Positions 1 through 10,085 of a DNA stretch of 47,786 nt are shown one piece after another. Below the pieces are notes generated by a model. That model did not search any database. It saw only the letters and a program-made list of their open reading frames with translations, and was not told the origin of the DNA. Source of the stretch: Sedimentisphaerales bacterium (GTDB lineage Bacteria; Planctomycetota; Phycisphaerae; Sedimentisphaerales; SM23-30); assembly GCA_016930855.1 (NCBI GenBank), contig JAFGFX010000055.1:1-47786 (forward strand), read 5' to 3'. The stretch's first letter is position 1. Every line of letters begins with the position of its first letter. Made by a program: the position numbers and the translations under genes.

Positions 1-2
1 CG

Positions 3-260
3 AATCCCAATCCCTACGTCGAGGAGCACAAGGACCTGATCGCCAGCGTCCGGGCCGGCACGCCGATCAACGAAGGCAAGAACGTCGCCGAGGGAACATT
101 AGCGGCCATCATGGGCCGGATGAGCGCCTATACGGGCCGGGAATTGAGCTGGGATTGGGTGATGAAGGCGTCGAAGCTGGACCTGACGCCGCCGAAGTAC
201 GAATTTTTCGACTTCCCCGCCGAGCCCGTGGCCGTCCCCGGCGAAACGCCTCTCATATAA
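3..260 (+). CDS. 3' end (partial) of a Gfo/Idh/MocA-family oxidoreductase
   Basis: Open frame from the window edge: NPNPYVEEHKDLIASVRAGTPINEGKNVAEGTLAAIMGRMSAYTGRELSWD...PVAVPGETPLI, TAA at 258-260. This is a typical C-terminus of this family. Not in the ORF track. Confidence 0.75.
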   Translation, partial: NPNPYVEEHKDLIASVRAGTPINEGKNVAEGTLAAIMGRMSAYTGRELSWDWVMKASKLDLTPPKYEFFDFPAEPVAVPGETPLI

Positions 261-323
261 GTAAGGGCGCCCGACTGAAGAAAGGCATATGGCCCGGCCC
301 GGGCGTTTGAGTGTCTTGGTTGT

Positions 324-1355
324 TCAGGGGGCGGAAAGGGAAGCGGGTGTTCCGCGACGGAGCCGGTTTTTCTCTTTGGCGGCCTGGAGGACCGATTCGA
401 GGGAGACGGCCGCGCCGTTCTGCTGTTTGGAGACGTCGGCCGCCGTCATGAAGGCGAAGATCTCGATGGTTTCCTCGGGCGCCACGGGAACTTGGTTGGT
501 CTGGAAGAACGTGACGATCTGCTCGACGAGGGGGTCATAGCCCACGTAGCGGTCGATATGGTGTATCGTCTTCGAGCCGAACACCAGGGCGCCGAAGCCT
601 TTTTGGCCGCGGCGCAGGCCCCGGTAGGTGCCGACGCGGCCGTCCGCCCAGAGACCGACCACCTCATCGGTGTCGGCCGTATGGATCCGCCGGACCGACT
701 GGCAGCCGGGCCCCATGATGGTGAACAGGGTTTCGACGCCGTGGACGCCGTACCAGTACAGGTCGGGCATGACCGTTTCGATGGCGCAGGGTCCGTAGGC
801 GACACAGCCGATCACCTCGCCCACCTGGGCGTTGCGGCGCATGCCGTAGGTTTCCGGATTGTAACGCAGGGAGGAGCTGGACCAGCAGGGAACGCCGTGT
901 TCCTTGGCCAGGCGGAAGATTTCCAGCACGTCGGCGAGGTCGCCGGCCATGGGCTTATCGATGAAGACCGGCTTTTTCGCCTGGAGGACCGGCCGGATCT
1001 GCCCGAGATGGGGCCGTCCCTCCACGCTTTCCAGCAGGACGCCGTCGACCTTGCCGCAGAGCTGCTCGATGCTGTCGACGATTTCGAGGCCGAATTGCTC
1101 GCGGAGCTGTTTGGTGTATTGTTCCACCCGGCTGGAGGAGGGGGCGAAATCGGGCGAGCCGCCGGGAAACCCGGCCACGATCCGGCAGGGATAGTTTCTC
1201 TCCGGATCGTTGATCTGCTTGGTGAAGGCGATCACGTGCGAGGTGTCCAGGCCGATCATGCCCAGCCGGATGGGCGCCTGGGGGGGCTGTTGGCCCGCCA
1301 GGGGGGCCGTAGCGGCCAGAACCAGAATCCCAAGGAATGCCATTTGATATCTCAT
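324..1355 (-). CDS. Gfo/Idh/MocA-family oxidoreductase with Sec-type signal peptide
   Basis: IRLGMIGLDTSH Rossmann start, VFIDKP motif, LYWYGVHGVE; hydrophobic N-terminus; RBS AAGGAG at 1363-1368 (minus strand). Confidence 0.85.
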   Translation of the reverse strand: MRYQMAFLGILVLAATAPLAGQQPPQAPIRLGMIGLDTSHVIAFTKQINDPERNYPCRIVAGFPGGSPDFAPSSSRVEQYTKQLREQFGLEIVDSIEQLCGKVDGVLLESVEGRPHLGQIRPVLQAKKPVFIDKPMAGDLADVLEIFRLAKEHGVPCWSSSSLRYNPETYGMRRNAQVGEVIGCVAYGPCAIETVMPDLYWYGVHGVETLFTIMGPGCQSVRRIHTADTDEVVGLWADGRVGTYRGLRRGQKGFGALVFGSKTIHHIDRYVGYDPLVEQIVTFFQTNQVPVAPEETIEIFAFMTAADVSKQQNGAAVSLESVLQAAKEKNRLRRGTPASLSAP

Positions 1356-1381
1356 CGGTTATCTCCTTGATTGAAGTAAAC

Positions 1382-1624
1382 GGATCAACTCGGAAAAAGT
1401 TGGTAAGGAACGGCTCCGCGAATCCGGCGAAATGTTTTCGCCTCCGCCTTTCTTTCGCCGCCCCCCGCCCTAACGGGCTTTCCCATGAGGGCGGCGAAAG
1501 CGGACTACGGCGAAAACAATACCACCGAGATACATCAGGTGCTTTAAATAACATAAGTCTCTACTAACAAAACACATATGAGTCAGCAGCACGATCCTGC
1601 CATTAACTTTTTCCGAGAAGAACC
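1382..1624. mobile_element. 243-bp non-autonomous MITE with ISL3-family-like termini
   Basis: Imperfect 20-bp TIRs GGATCAACTCGGAAAAAGTT / (rev-comp) GGTTCTTCTCGGAAAAAGTT. Perfect 8-bp target duplication AAGTAAAC at 1374-1381 and 1625-1632. Internal long hairpin 1433-1518. Second copy at 47702. Confidence 0.9.
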
Positions 1625-1712
1625 AAGTAAACTATACAAATCCGAATGCTCACTGCATGTTGGATCCCGCGATCCGGGGTTCGGCCCGTTCGCCCGCCGC
1701 GATCGCGGATGT

Positions 1713-3392
1713 TCAGCCGCCGATCTGCATGAGGACCCAGGCCAGGCCGATCAGGATGAACACGACGGCCCAGGCCAGCAGAAAGCCGAAGAAATCCTCG
1801 CGGTATCGCTGGAAGAATCCCTGCCAGCGTTCGGCCCGCCGCCAGCCGGGCAGGTCCAAAAAGAACAGGTCCTTGCCGTGTTCCCGCGCCAGCGGTTTCT
1901 CCTGGCCGGGGGCGACCTTGGCGTCGGAGAGGCGGTTCATGTTGTCGAAGAAGACGCGGATTTTTTTGACCGGTTCCCGCCGGGTCAGCAGGCTGACGAC
2001 GATCAGGGCGGCGAATCCGGCGAGAATCGCCCAGCCGAAGGGCTCGGGCTCCCACTTGTACACGATTTTCAGACCGCCTTGGTGAAGATAATTGAGCGTG
2101 TAATACAGTCCGAAGGAGACGACGACCGACGCCAGGGCGCCGTAGCGATTGGCCCGTTTCCAGAGGATGCCGCCCAGCATCATGATCCCCATGAAGGCGG
2201 CAATGGTTTCAGTGAAGAGGAATCCCTGCAAGACGTTCTTGACGCTCAAGGCGAACAGCACTCCCAGGATGGTCAATCCGAAGCCCGAGCATCGTCCCAC
2301 CCAGAGCAGTTGCTTGTCGGAGGCCTGGGGGTGGATGTAGTGCCGGTAGAAGTTGCGGGTGAACAGGGCGCCGGTATTGACCATGAAGTTGGAACAGGAC
2401 GACATGTTGGCGGCCAGCACGCAGGCGATCATCAGGCCGGTCAGGCCCGGCCAGAGCAGTTCCCGGCTGGCGTACCCGAAGGCGTGCTCCGGATCGGTGA
2501 TCGATTCGCCCTTTTGGATGATCAGGGCGGCGACGATCAATCCGGTAAAGGCCCAGCCGACGGTGCAAATGCGTTTGACCAGCGCCCCGTAGGTCTGGCC
2601 GATCCGCCCGGCCCGCTCGGTGTTGCCGGTGGCGCACATGGTCAGCATGTGGGGCTGGGCGGTGATGCCGATGATCCCGTTTAGGGCCAGCATGGCGATG
2701 GTAAAGGCGCCCATGCCGCTTTCTTTGCTGAGCAGGTCGAAGAACTCCTGGGGCAGGCTTTGGCGCATGCCGCCAAATCCGCCCACCTCGTACAGGCCGG
2801 AAGGGATCAGCATGATCGACAGGAGGATGATCATCAGGCCCTGGATGAAATCGGCGTAGGCCGAGGCGATCAGGCCCCCGAAGAAGCTGTAGAGGATAAA
2901 GGCCACGCTCATCCCCACGACCACGGCTTTCGGGGAGATGGCGTAGTTGGTGGCCACCGAAACCATCTTGGCGGCCCCCTGGAGCATGACGCCCTGGGCG
3001 AAGACGAAAAAGGAGATGGCGAAGACGGTATAGAAGCCGGCCATCCAGCGGCCGTAGCGGTCCTCGATCATCTCGCCGATGGTGGTCCGTTCGCTGCGGC
3101 GGTACCACGGCGCAAGCAGCCAGTAAAACGGGGTGATCAGCATGTTCTTCCACTGGTACCAGATGGTGGAAAAGCCGCTCTGGAAGGTGGCGCCGGCCTG
3201 GGCGACGAAGTTTTCCGCGTGGGTTCCGGTCCCGAAGGCCTGGCCCATCATGATCCACCAGCGGAATTTCCGCTCGCCGCGAAAGTAGCTGTCGCTGCTC
3301 TTGATGCGTCTCGAGAGCCACAGGCCGAACGCGGTAATGCCGACGAAATATCCCGCCAGGACCACGATGTCCAGCCAGTGGAATCCATTCAT
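1713..3392 (-). CDS. Sodium:solute symporter (SSS) family transporter
   Basis: 559 aa, multiple TM helices, LDIVVLAGYF start, YSFFGGLIASAYADFIQG, GLMIACVLAANMSS. Confidence 0.9.
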   Translation of the reverse strand: MNGFHWLDIVVLAGYFVGITAFGLWLSRRIKSSDSYFRGERKFRWWIMMGQAFGTGTHAENFVAQAGATFQSGFSTIWYQWKNMLITPFYWLLAPWYRRSERTTIGEMIEDRYGRWMAGFYTVFAISFFVFAQGVMLQGAAKMVSVATNYAISPKAVVVGMSVAFILYSFFGGLIASAYADFIQGLMIILLSIMLIPSGLYEVGGFGGMRQSLPQEFFDLLSKESGMGAFTIAMLALNGIIGITAQPHMLTMCATGNTERAGRIGQTYGALVKRICTVGWAFTGLIVAALIIQKGESITDPEHAFGYASRELLWPGLTGLMIACVLAANMSSCSNFMVNTGALFTRNFYRHYIHPQASDKQLLWVGRCSGFGLTILGVLFALSVKNVLQGFLFTETIAAFMGIMMLGGILWKRANRYGALASVVVSFGLYYTLNYLHQGGLKIVYKWEPEPFGWAILAGFAALIVVSLLTRREPVKKIRVFFDNMNRLSDAKVAPGQEKPLAREHGKDLFFLDLPGWRRAERWQGFFQRYREDFFGFLLAWAVVFILIGLAWVLMQIGG

Positions 3393-3529
3393 GAGGATTC
3401 TCCTCTAGTTGTTCGGGCTCTTGCTCCCGCGGCGTCCGCCGCCGGCGGATCAAACGTCCAGGCCCTCGCCGGCAGCATGAATCGATGGGTCCTTGAGATC
3501 CAGCGCCCCAGCAGAGTGTCTTCGTTGCC

Positions 3530-4534
3530 CTATGTCGTCGTCTTCAGCGAGAACCTGCCCGCCTGTTCGTCATAGCACAGCGTCGTGGACCGGCCCAGGG
3601 ACTCGGGCCGCACGCCGAGCAGCCCCAGCGGTTGATAAAAGCCCATGGCCAGCATCTCGGCCCGGTCGGCCAGCCGCAGCGATGCCAGGTGATTCATGCA
3701 GGCAAGCATCAGGGACGACGACCCGGCGAGGTAGCCGGTCTGGGGATTGTACAGCCGGCCGTTTTCCTCCAGGACGGCCTCGCTGGCGAACAGGGAATAA
3801 CGCCCCGGAGCCAAGCCGGCCGCGGCGGAGGCGTCGCTGATCACGATGGTGCGGCCGACGCCCTTGGCCCGCAGGAAGGTCTGGATGACCGCCGGCGGCA
3901 GGTGGTGGCCGTCGGTGATCATGGTGATGGTGAAATCGTCGTCGGCCAGGCCCGCCCAAATGGGATTCCGGTGGCGGTCCAGGCAGGCCGGCACCCCGTT
4001 GCCCAGATGCGTCAGGACGGTGGCCCCGGCCTGATGCAGGCGTTTGAGATCGTCCGGCCCGGCCAGGTGATGGCCCAGCGCGACCACGATCCCCTGCTCG
4101 ACGGCATGGCGGGCGACCCGGTCGGCACCGGGCATGTCGGCGGCCAGCGTGAGCATCCGGACCGTGCCCTGGGCCCAGTCCAGCAGGCGTTTGAGATCGT
4201 CTAGGTCCGGCGGTCGGATATGGGCCGGATCGTGGGCCCCGTGGGCGCCGGGATCGGGATTCAGAAACGGTCCTTCCAGATGGATGCCGAGCAGGATATC
4301 CCGCCAGCGTGGTGAGCGGACGGCATCGGCCAGGATGGGCAGGTTCTTTCGGTACATCCGCTGGGGGCCGGTGATCACCGTGGGCAGCAAGGCCGCGGTC
4401 CCGGCGGCGACGATATTCTCGCAGGCCGAGTGCAACGACTCTTCGGTCAGGTCGTCGCCGGTGAAATCGACGCCCTGGTAGCCGTTTACCTGCAGGTCCA
4501 CGAAGCCGGGTATGTTCAGGTTGTCGGATGTCAT
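3530..4534 (-). CDS. nagA: N-acetylglucosamine-6-phosphate deacetylase-like amidohydrolase
   Basis: PGFVDLQVNG, GIHLEGPF, THLGNG, DGHHL, SDA, LAGS motifs. Confidence 0.8.
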   Translation of the reverse strand: MTSDNLNIPGFVDLQVNGYQGVDFTGDDLTEESLHSACENIVAAGTAALLPTVITGPQRMYRKNLPILADAVRSPRWRDILLGIHLEGPFLNPDPGAHGAHDPAHIRPPDLDDLKRLLDWAQGTVRMLTLAADMPGADRVARHAVEQGIVVALGHHLAGPDDLKRLHQAGATVLTHLGNGVPACLDRHRNPIWAGLADDDFTITMITDGHHLPPAVIQTFLRAKGVGRTIVISDASAAAGLAPGRYSLFASEAVLEENGRLYNPQTGYLAGSSSLMLACMNHLASLRLADRAEMLAMGFYQPLGLLGVRPESLGRSTTLCYDEQAGRFSLKTTT

Positions 4535-4540
4535 GAGAAA

Positions 4541-5281
4541 TTATCCTGTCAGCAGGGAGGCCGCGAAGGTGTCCAGGAATATGGCGGCGTCCGGATGCGT
4601 TTGCAGGATCGAGGCGGGACAGGCATTGGTCACGGGTCCCTCCAGGGCGTCTTTGACGGCTTGCGCCTTGCGCTCGTCGGGGACGGTCACGATAATATGC
4701 CTGCTTTTGAGGATCTGTCGGATGCCCATGGAGATCGCCTGTGTGGGCACCTCCTCCAGGCTGCCGAACCAGCCCTCGCCGAGCTGCTGCCTGCGGCAGG
4801 CCTCGTCCAGGTCCACCACGAGATAGGCGTCCTCCGTCTCGAAATCGGCCGGGGGGTCGTTGAAGGCGAGATGGCCGTTCTCCCCGATGCCCACCAGGGC
4901 CAGGTCGATTGCGTGGTCCGCCAGGACGACGTTCAGCCGGCGGCATTCCGCGTACGGATCGGGGGCGTCGGCGTTGACGAAATGCACGGCCCGCAGGGGC
5001 GCCACCTTCTCCACGAACTGCTCCCGGAGATAGCGGCGGAAGCTGGCCGGGTGCTTCGCGTCCAGGCCGATGTATTCGTCCAGGTGGAACATGGCCACCT
5101 TCGACCAGTCGAGCGATTCGGCCCGGACCAGGTCGGCCAGCATGGCGAACTGGCTGGCGCCGGTGGCCAGGATCAGGTTGGCGCTGTCCTGCCGGGCGAT
5201 GGTCCGCTGGAGAATCTGGATCGCCTTCGCCGCGGCCGCCGCCGCCATCTGGGTGGGGGTGGGATGGATCGAGATCTTCAT
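4541..5281 (-). CDS. nagB: Glucosamine-6-phosphate deaminase / 6-phosphogluconolactonase family
   Basis: LATGASQ, FHLDEYIGL, GIGENGHLAFNDP, CPASILQTH motifs. Confidence 0.8.
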   Translation of the reverse strand: MKISIHPTPTQMAAAAAAKAIQILQRTIARQDSANLILATGASQFAMLADLVRAESLDWSKVAMFHLDEYIGLDAKHPASFRRYLREQFVEKVAPLRAVHFVNADAPDPYAECRRLNVVLADHAIDLALVGIGENGHLAFNDPPADFETEDAYLVVDLDEACRRQQLGEGWFGSLEEVPTQAISMGIRQILKSRHIIVTVPDERKAQAVKDALEGPVTNACPASILQTHPDAAIFLDTFAASLLTG

Positions 5282-6087
5282 CGTTTTCTCCCATACTCGT
5301 TGGATGGCAGGTTCCCGGCGGCCGGCGGCCGCCCGAGCAGATCCAGCAGCTCCGCGTGAAGGAAGCCATTGCTGGCGGCCAGCTCATCGAAGAACCGCTC
5401 GTCGCCGCCTCCAAAATCGCTGACGGTTCCGCCCGCCTCCTCCACGATCAGCATCCCCGCGACCGCGTCATAGGCCTGGAGCTTCCGCTGCCAGTATCCA
5501 TCCAGCCGGCCGTCGGCCACGTAGCACAGATGCAGGGCGGCGGAGCCCAGGATCCGCACCGTCTGGATGCGGCCCTTCACGGCGGCAAAGGCGGCCAGGT
5601 TGTCATCCGGCGGGCCGAATCCCCGGCATCCCAGATGGGTCGCCAGCACGGCCTCTGACAGCCGGGCGCAGCTGGATACGGCGATGGGCGCATCGTTGCA
5701 CAGGGCACCCTGGCCCTTCTCGGCCTCGAACAGCTCGTTCAGGGCCGGCAGGTAAACCATGCCCAAGTATCTCTGACCCTGGCGTTCCACGCCGACCGAG
5801 ACGGCGAAGAACGGCTGGCCGTGCACGAAGGAGGTCGTCCCGTCGATGGGATCGATCAGCCAGCGGCAGGATTGGCCGGCCTGCTCGCCGGATTCCTCGG
5901 CGACGATGGCGTGGCCGGGGTACCGCTGCTTGATCTGGGCGATCAGGTACGCTTCGACGGCGCGATCGGCCTGCGTGACCAGCTGCGTTTCGCTTTTCCG
6001 TTCGATGTCCATCCGGCCGATCCGGCCCTGGTACTCCAGCGCCATGTGCCCGGCATGGCGGATGATCTCACGCAGAAACCGTCTCAC
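5278..6087 (-). CDS. Inositol monophosphatase family protein
   Basis: VTQAD, AEE, WLIDPIDGTTSF, RILGSAAL, YDAVAG motifs. Start placed at GTG 6085-6087 behind AGGGAG; the ORF track extends it to 6204. Confidence 0.85.
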   Translation of the reverse strand: MRRFLREIIRHAGHMALEYQGRIGRMDIERKSETQLVTQADRAVEAYLIAQIKQRYPGHAIVAEESGEQAGQSCRWLIDPIDGTTSFVHGQPFFAVSVGVERQGQRYLGMVYLPALNELFEAEKGQGALCNDAPIAVSSCARLSEAVLATHLGCRGFGPPDDNLAAFAAVKGRIQTVRILGSAALHLCYVADGRLDGYWQRKLQAYDAVAGMLIVEEAGGTVSDFGGGDERFFDELAASNGFLHAELLDLLGRPPAAGNLPSNEYGRKR

Positions 6088-6251
6088 TCCAGACCATTCT
6101 CCCTGTTGTTCGACAACATCCCATTCGCCCAGCGTCCGCGGGATCCCGAGGGGATCATACCCGCTTTGCCAGCGGATGGCAACCGATAGAATCTGGGCGC
6201 ACATTTCTCATGCCGATGTCGTCGCTCCGGCGGCGCTGCCGGCCTGTTTGT

Positions 6252-6923
6252 TTATATCCGGGAGGACTCGTCCAGCGTTGTCACCTTGACGTTGCGATAC
6301 CAGACGGGATGGCCGTGGTCCTGGAAGCCGATGAATCCCGCCCGGGGGAAGTCCTTGATCGGACGGTTGAACTTGTTGGGGCTGTCGTCCTGGGGATTCT
6401 TGTGCGGCTCGGTCCATTCATCCAGGTTCATCTCGATGATCGGTTCGCCGTTCATGACGACGTTCAGCCGGCTGCCGCGGGCGGTGACGATCAACTGATT
6501 CCATTCGCCGGACTTCCTGGCGGCGTTCGTGCTCGGCGCCAGGCAGTCGTAGATCGCCCCGCAGTCGTGCTTGCCCGGCGCGTCCGTGCCGTGGGAATCG
6601 TAAATCTGGATCTCCAGGCCCGTCTGCACGCAGTCGTCCGGATCGCCCGTGCGGATAAAGACGCCGCTGTTGGTCTTCTCGGCGACCTTGAACTCGAGCG
6701 ACAGGACGAAATCCCCGTAGGGCTGGTTCGTCCAGATGTCGCCGCCGCCCTGTCGGGCGAGCACGCCGTCGGTCACCGTCCAGGCCCCCGGCGGACAGTG
6801 GAAATTCAATAGATCGTCCGTAATCAAGGTCTGCGTGCCCGCCGGATTCATCGTCGTGCAGGACGATAGCATCATTGCCAGTGCCGCCAGAACGATGGCC
6901 GGCAGAATCGACTTGTTGGTCAT
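6252..6923 (-). CDS. DUF1080 (3-keto-glycoside hydrolase/hydratase-like) lipoprotein
   Basis: DFVLSLEFK, NSGVFIR, GLEIQIYD, GEWNQL, GFIGFQDHGHPVWYRNVKV; lipobox LSSC; start MTNKS at 6923 with AGGAG upstream. Confidence 0.85.
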   Translation of the reverse strand: MTNKSILPAIVLAALAMMLSSCTTMNPAGTQTLITDDLLNFHCPPGAWTVTDGVLARQGGGDIWTNQPYGDFVLSLEFKVAEKTNSGVFIRTGDPDDCVQTGLEIQIYDSHGTDAPGKHDCGAIYDCLAPSTNAARKSGEWNQLIVTARGSRLNVVMNGEPIIEMNLDEWTEPHKNPQDDSPNKFNRPIKDFPRAGFIGFQDHGHPVWYRNVKVTTLDESSRI

Positions 6924-7057
6924 GGAAATTCTCCTGTAGCAGAAAACAAAATGGCTGCGGATTTTCACCCGTATCTGTTGGTCATTCCAGATGAACATCA
7001 GAGACGAAACCGCTGCGTATCCTCGCCCGGAGGCGCTATCGGTCCCGGCCCACCTGC

Positions 7058-8404
7058 TTACAGGCTCCAGCCTTTGCGGTATTCGCGATGCAGATACTCG
7101 TTGGCCTCCGGCAGGTTGGTGATCCGGAACGCCTCGGGATCCCACTGCAGTTTCATCCGCACGACCTTCTCTTTCAGGGACCGCCGCAGGGCGATATTGC
7201 CCAGCAGGACGGCCTCGGCCAGCGGTCCGGCCCAGTCGAAGTTCGAGCCGGCCGGCTTATCGCCCTTGCAGGCCGCGATCCATTCGGCGTGATGGCCCGG
7301 CGAGCGGGGGATCGACGGGTCCGGCGGCTTGAACTCGCGGCGTTTCGCCTCGGGTATGATGGTGGTGCCCAGCATTAGCCCCTCGTCGCCGACATAGAGG
7401 GTGCCGTTGTCGCCGATACTGCGCCCATCCTCCAGCTCGTCCGGCCGGTTCGGCCGCATGCCGCCGTCGTACCAGGTCAGCTTGACCGGCGGCAGGTCCC
7501 CGCGGGCGGGAAAATCGTAATGCACCATGGAGGCCGCCGGATAGGTTTCGTTGTTGACCAACGTCGAGGTCGCCTCCACGCTGGTCGGGGCCCCCAGTTT
7601 CAGTGCCCTAAATACCGGGTCCAGGGCGTGACAGCCGATATCGCCCAGCGCCCCGGTGCCGAAATCCCACCAGCCGCGCCATTTGAAGGGGGCATACGCC
7701 GGATGATAGGGCCGCTCGGGCGCCGGGCCCAGCCAGAGGTCCCAGTCCAGCGTATCCGGCACGGCGGGCGTATCGCCGGGTCGATCCACGCCCTGGGGCC
7801 AGTAGGTGTTTAACAGTCCCTGCATGGGCCGATCCGTCCAGACGTGCACCCGGCGGACCTTGCCGATGGCGCCGGCCCCGATGAATTCGCTGATCCGGCG
7901 GGTCTCTTCCGAGGCCTGGCCCTGGTTGCCCATCTGGGTGGCCACCTGGTGCTCGCGGGCCGCCTCGGCGAGCTTGCGGGCCTCGTAGACCGAGTGGGTC
8001 AGCGGTTTTTCGCAGTAGACGTGCTTGCCCCGCTTGATGGCCGCCATGGCGGCGACGGCGTGGATGTGGTCGGGCGTGGCCACGATCACGGCGTCGATGT
8101 TCTTGTCCTCCTTGTCGAGCATCTCGCGGAAGTCCTTGTACTTCTTGGCCTTGTCGAAGCGTTTGAAGGAGCCGGCGGCGTTTCGCCAGTCCACGTCGCA
8201 CAGGGCCACGATCTCCTCCTGGCTGACGGCCTCGATGTCGCCCGAGGCGCGGCCGCCGGCCCCGATCGAGGCGATCCGGAGTTTTTCGCTGGGCGGGGTC
8301 TGGCCCGGTCCGCCCAGCACGTGGCGGGGCACGATCGTGAAGGCCGCCGTGGTCGCGGCCGCCGATCCCATGAATTGCCGACGTGAGATGTTGTTCTTGT
8401 TCAC
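7058..8404 (-). CDS. Tat-exported Gfo/Idh/MocA oxidoreductase (tandem paralog 1)
   Basis: SRRQFM twin-arginine signal, IGAGGRA, ATPDHIH, YCEKPL, WRGWWDFGTGALGDIGCH. Confidence 0.9.
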   Translation of the reverse strand: MNKNNISRRQFMGSAAATTAAFTIVPRHVLGGPGQTPPSEKLRIASIGAGGRASGDIEAVSQEEIVALCDVDWRNAAGSFKRFDKAKKYKDFREMLDKEDKNIDAVIVATPDHIHAVAAMAAIKRGKHVYCEKPLTHSVYEARKLAEAAREHQVATQMGNQGQASEETRRISEFIGAGAIGKVRRVHVWTDRPMQGLLNTYWPQGVDRPGDTPAVPDTLDWDLWLGPAPERPYHPAYAPFKWRGWWDFGTGALGDIGCHALDPVFRALKLGAPTSVEATSTLVNNETYPAASMVHYDFPARGDLPPVKLTWYDGGMRPNRPDELEDGRSIGDNGTLYVGDEGLMLGTTIIPEAKRREFKPPDPSIPRSPGHHAEWIAACKGDKPAGSNFDWAGPLAEAVLLGNIALRRSLKEKVVRMKLQWDPEAFRITNLPEANEYLHREYRKGWSL

Positions 8405-8517
8405 GGTATTCTCCTCTATGATGTTGTGGTGCCGATGGAACTGGCGTATCCCGCCTATGGCGCCGCCGATCGGCGCGCGGGTTTGAGGTCCATTTATTTA
8501 GGTTTAGCCGATAGGGC

Positions 8518-9882
8518 TTACAGTTGCCAGCCCTTGCGGTATTGGCGGCGGATGTACTGGTTGGCCTCCGGCAGGTTGGTGACGTTCATGTTCGGACCGT
8601 CGTATTCCAGCAGCAGGCCCTTTTCGTAGAGCACCTTCTCCATGCGCAGGGCGATGTTGCCCAGCAGGACGGACTCCGTCAGGGGGCCGGCCCAGTCGAA
8701 ATTCGAGCCGGCCGGCGGGCCGCCCTTGCAGGCGATCAACCATTCGGCGTGGTGGCCGGGCGAGCGGTCAAGCGTTCGGGGGGGCTTGGGGGTTTCTTGA
8801 AGTTTCGTTTCGGGGATGACCCGGTGTCCGAGCATCTTTCCCTTGTCGCCGATGAACAGGTTGTCGTCGGCGTCGCCCAACCGCCGGTTCGGTTCCAGCT
8901 CCGGCGGCCGCGGGGGCATCAGGCCGCCGTCGTACCAGCTCAGCGCCACCGACGGGGTGTCCTGGCGGGCCGGAAACTCATAGCGCACCACCGAGGCCAG
9001 CGGCGCCGTTTCATCATTAACACCGCTGGAGCAGGCCTCCACGCGGGCAGGGTACCCCAGTTTCAGCGCCCTAAAGACCGGGTCGAGCTGGTGACAGCCG
9101 ATGTCCCCCAACACGCCGGTGCCAAAATCCCACCAGCCCCGCCAGGAAAACGGCAGGTAGCAGGGATGATAGGGCCGCTCGGGCGCCGGGCCCAGCCACA
9201 GATCCCAGTCGAGGGTGTCCGGCACCGGTGGGGTATCCTTCGGCCGGTCGATCCCCCGCGGGCTGATGTAGCGGTTGGACCAGGAATGGACCTGGCTCAC
9301 CTTGCCGATGGCGCCGGACCAGATGTATTCGCACACCAGCCGGGTGGCCTCGGACGCCTGGCCCTGGTTGCCCAGCTGGGTGGCGACGCGGGCCCGGCGG
9401 GCGGCCAGCGTGATCTGGCGGGCCTCCCAGATATCGTGGGTCAGCGGTTTTTCGCAGTAGACGTGCTTGCCGTGTTGGATGGCGGCCATGGTGGCCACGG
9501 CATGGCAGTGATCCGGCGTGGCGACGATCACGGCATCGATCGTCTTTTCCTCTTTGTCCAGCATGGCGCGGAAGTCGCGGTATTTTGTGGCCTTGGGGTA
9601 TTTCTCGAAGGTGGCGGCGGCATGCCGCCAGTCGACGTCGCAGAGGGCCACGATATTTTGGCTTTCAACTTCGGCCAAGTCGCCCGCGCCGCGGCCGCCC
9701 ACGCCGATCCCGGCGATGTTCAGTTTCTCGCTGGGCGGCGTGTTGCCCGGCCCGCCCAAGACGTGTCGGGGGACGATGGTAAAGGCCGCCGCGGCCGCCG
9801 TGGCCGCTGTCGTACCGGCCAGAAAGGCCCGCCGCGTGGGTTTCTCTTGGCGAGAGGCAGAGGATTCGGGACGAGTTTGCAT
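8518..9882 (-). CDS. Tat-exported Gfo/Idh/MocA oxidoreductase (tandem paralog 2)
   Basis: TRRAFL signal, IGVGGRG, ATPDHCH, YCEKPL; probable start MQTRP at 9882. Confidence 0.9.
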   Translation of the reverse strand: MQTRPESSASRQEKPTRRAFLAGTTAATAAAAAFTIVPRHVLGGPGNTPPSEKLNIAGIGVGGRGAGDLAEVESQNIVALCDVDWRHAAATFEKYPKATKYRDFRAMLDKEEKTIDAVIVATPDHCHAVATMAAIQHGKHVYCEKPLTHDIWEARQITLAARRARVATQLGNQGQASEATRLVCEYIWSGAIGKVSQVHSWSNRYISPRGIDRPKDTPPVPDTLDWDLWLGPAPERPYHPCYLPFSWRGWWDFGTGVLGDIGCHQLDPVFRALKLGYPARVEACSSGVNDETAPLASVVRYEFPARQDTPSVALSWYDGGLMPPRPPELEPNRRLGDADDNLFIGDKGKMLGHRVIPETKLQETPKPPRTLDRSPGHHAEWLIACKGGPPAGSNFDWAGPLTESVLLGNIALRMEKVLYEKGLLLEYDGPNMNVTNLPEANQYIRRQYRKGWQL

Positions 9883-10085
9883 GGCAGTACCCCTTTCGCA
9901 TTCGTTGACCCGTCGTTTCGGCGTCTTTAAGATGCCTGACAACGTGAGGGCAATTGGCCAATACGGACCATTGGCCGTTTGGGCTGCTCATCGTGTCGAG
10001 ATCCGCAGGTCCCTTACGCGATTCAGGATCAGCGCGCTAAGGCCACGTTTGCCGGATTGCTCATTGGGCCGGGATCCGCACGTTG

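Noticed and set aside
3570-5414. Long alternative-frame and antisense ORFs (e.g. 3570-5414, 19906-21591, 8524-9930, 22126-23568)
   Set aside because: Shadows of well-supported genes in high-GC DNA; Arg/Pro/Gly-rich or antisense-typical composition with no motifs.
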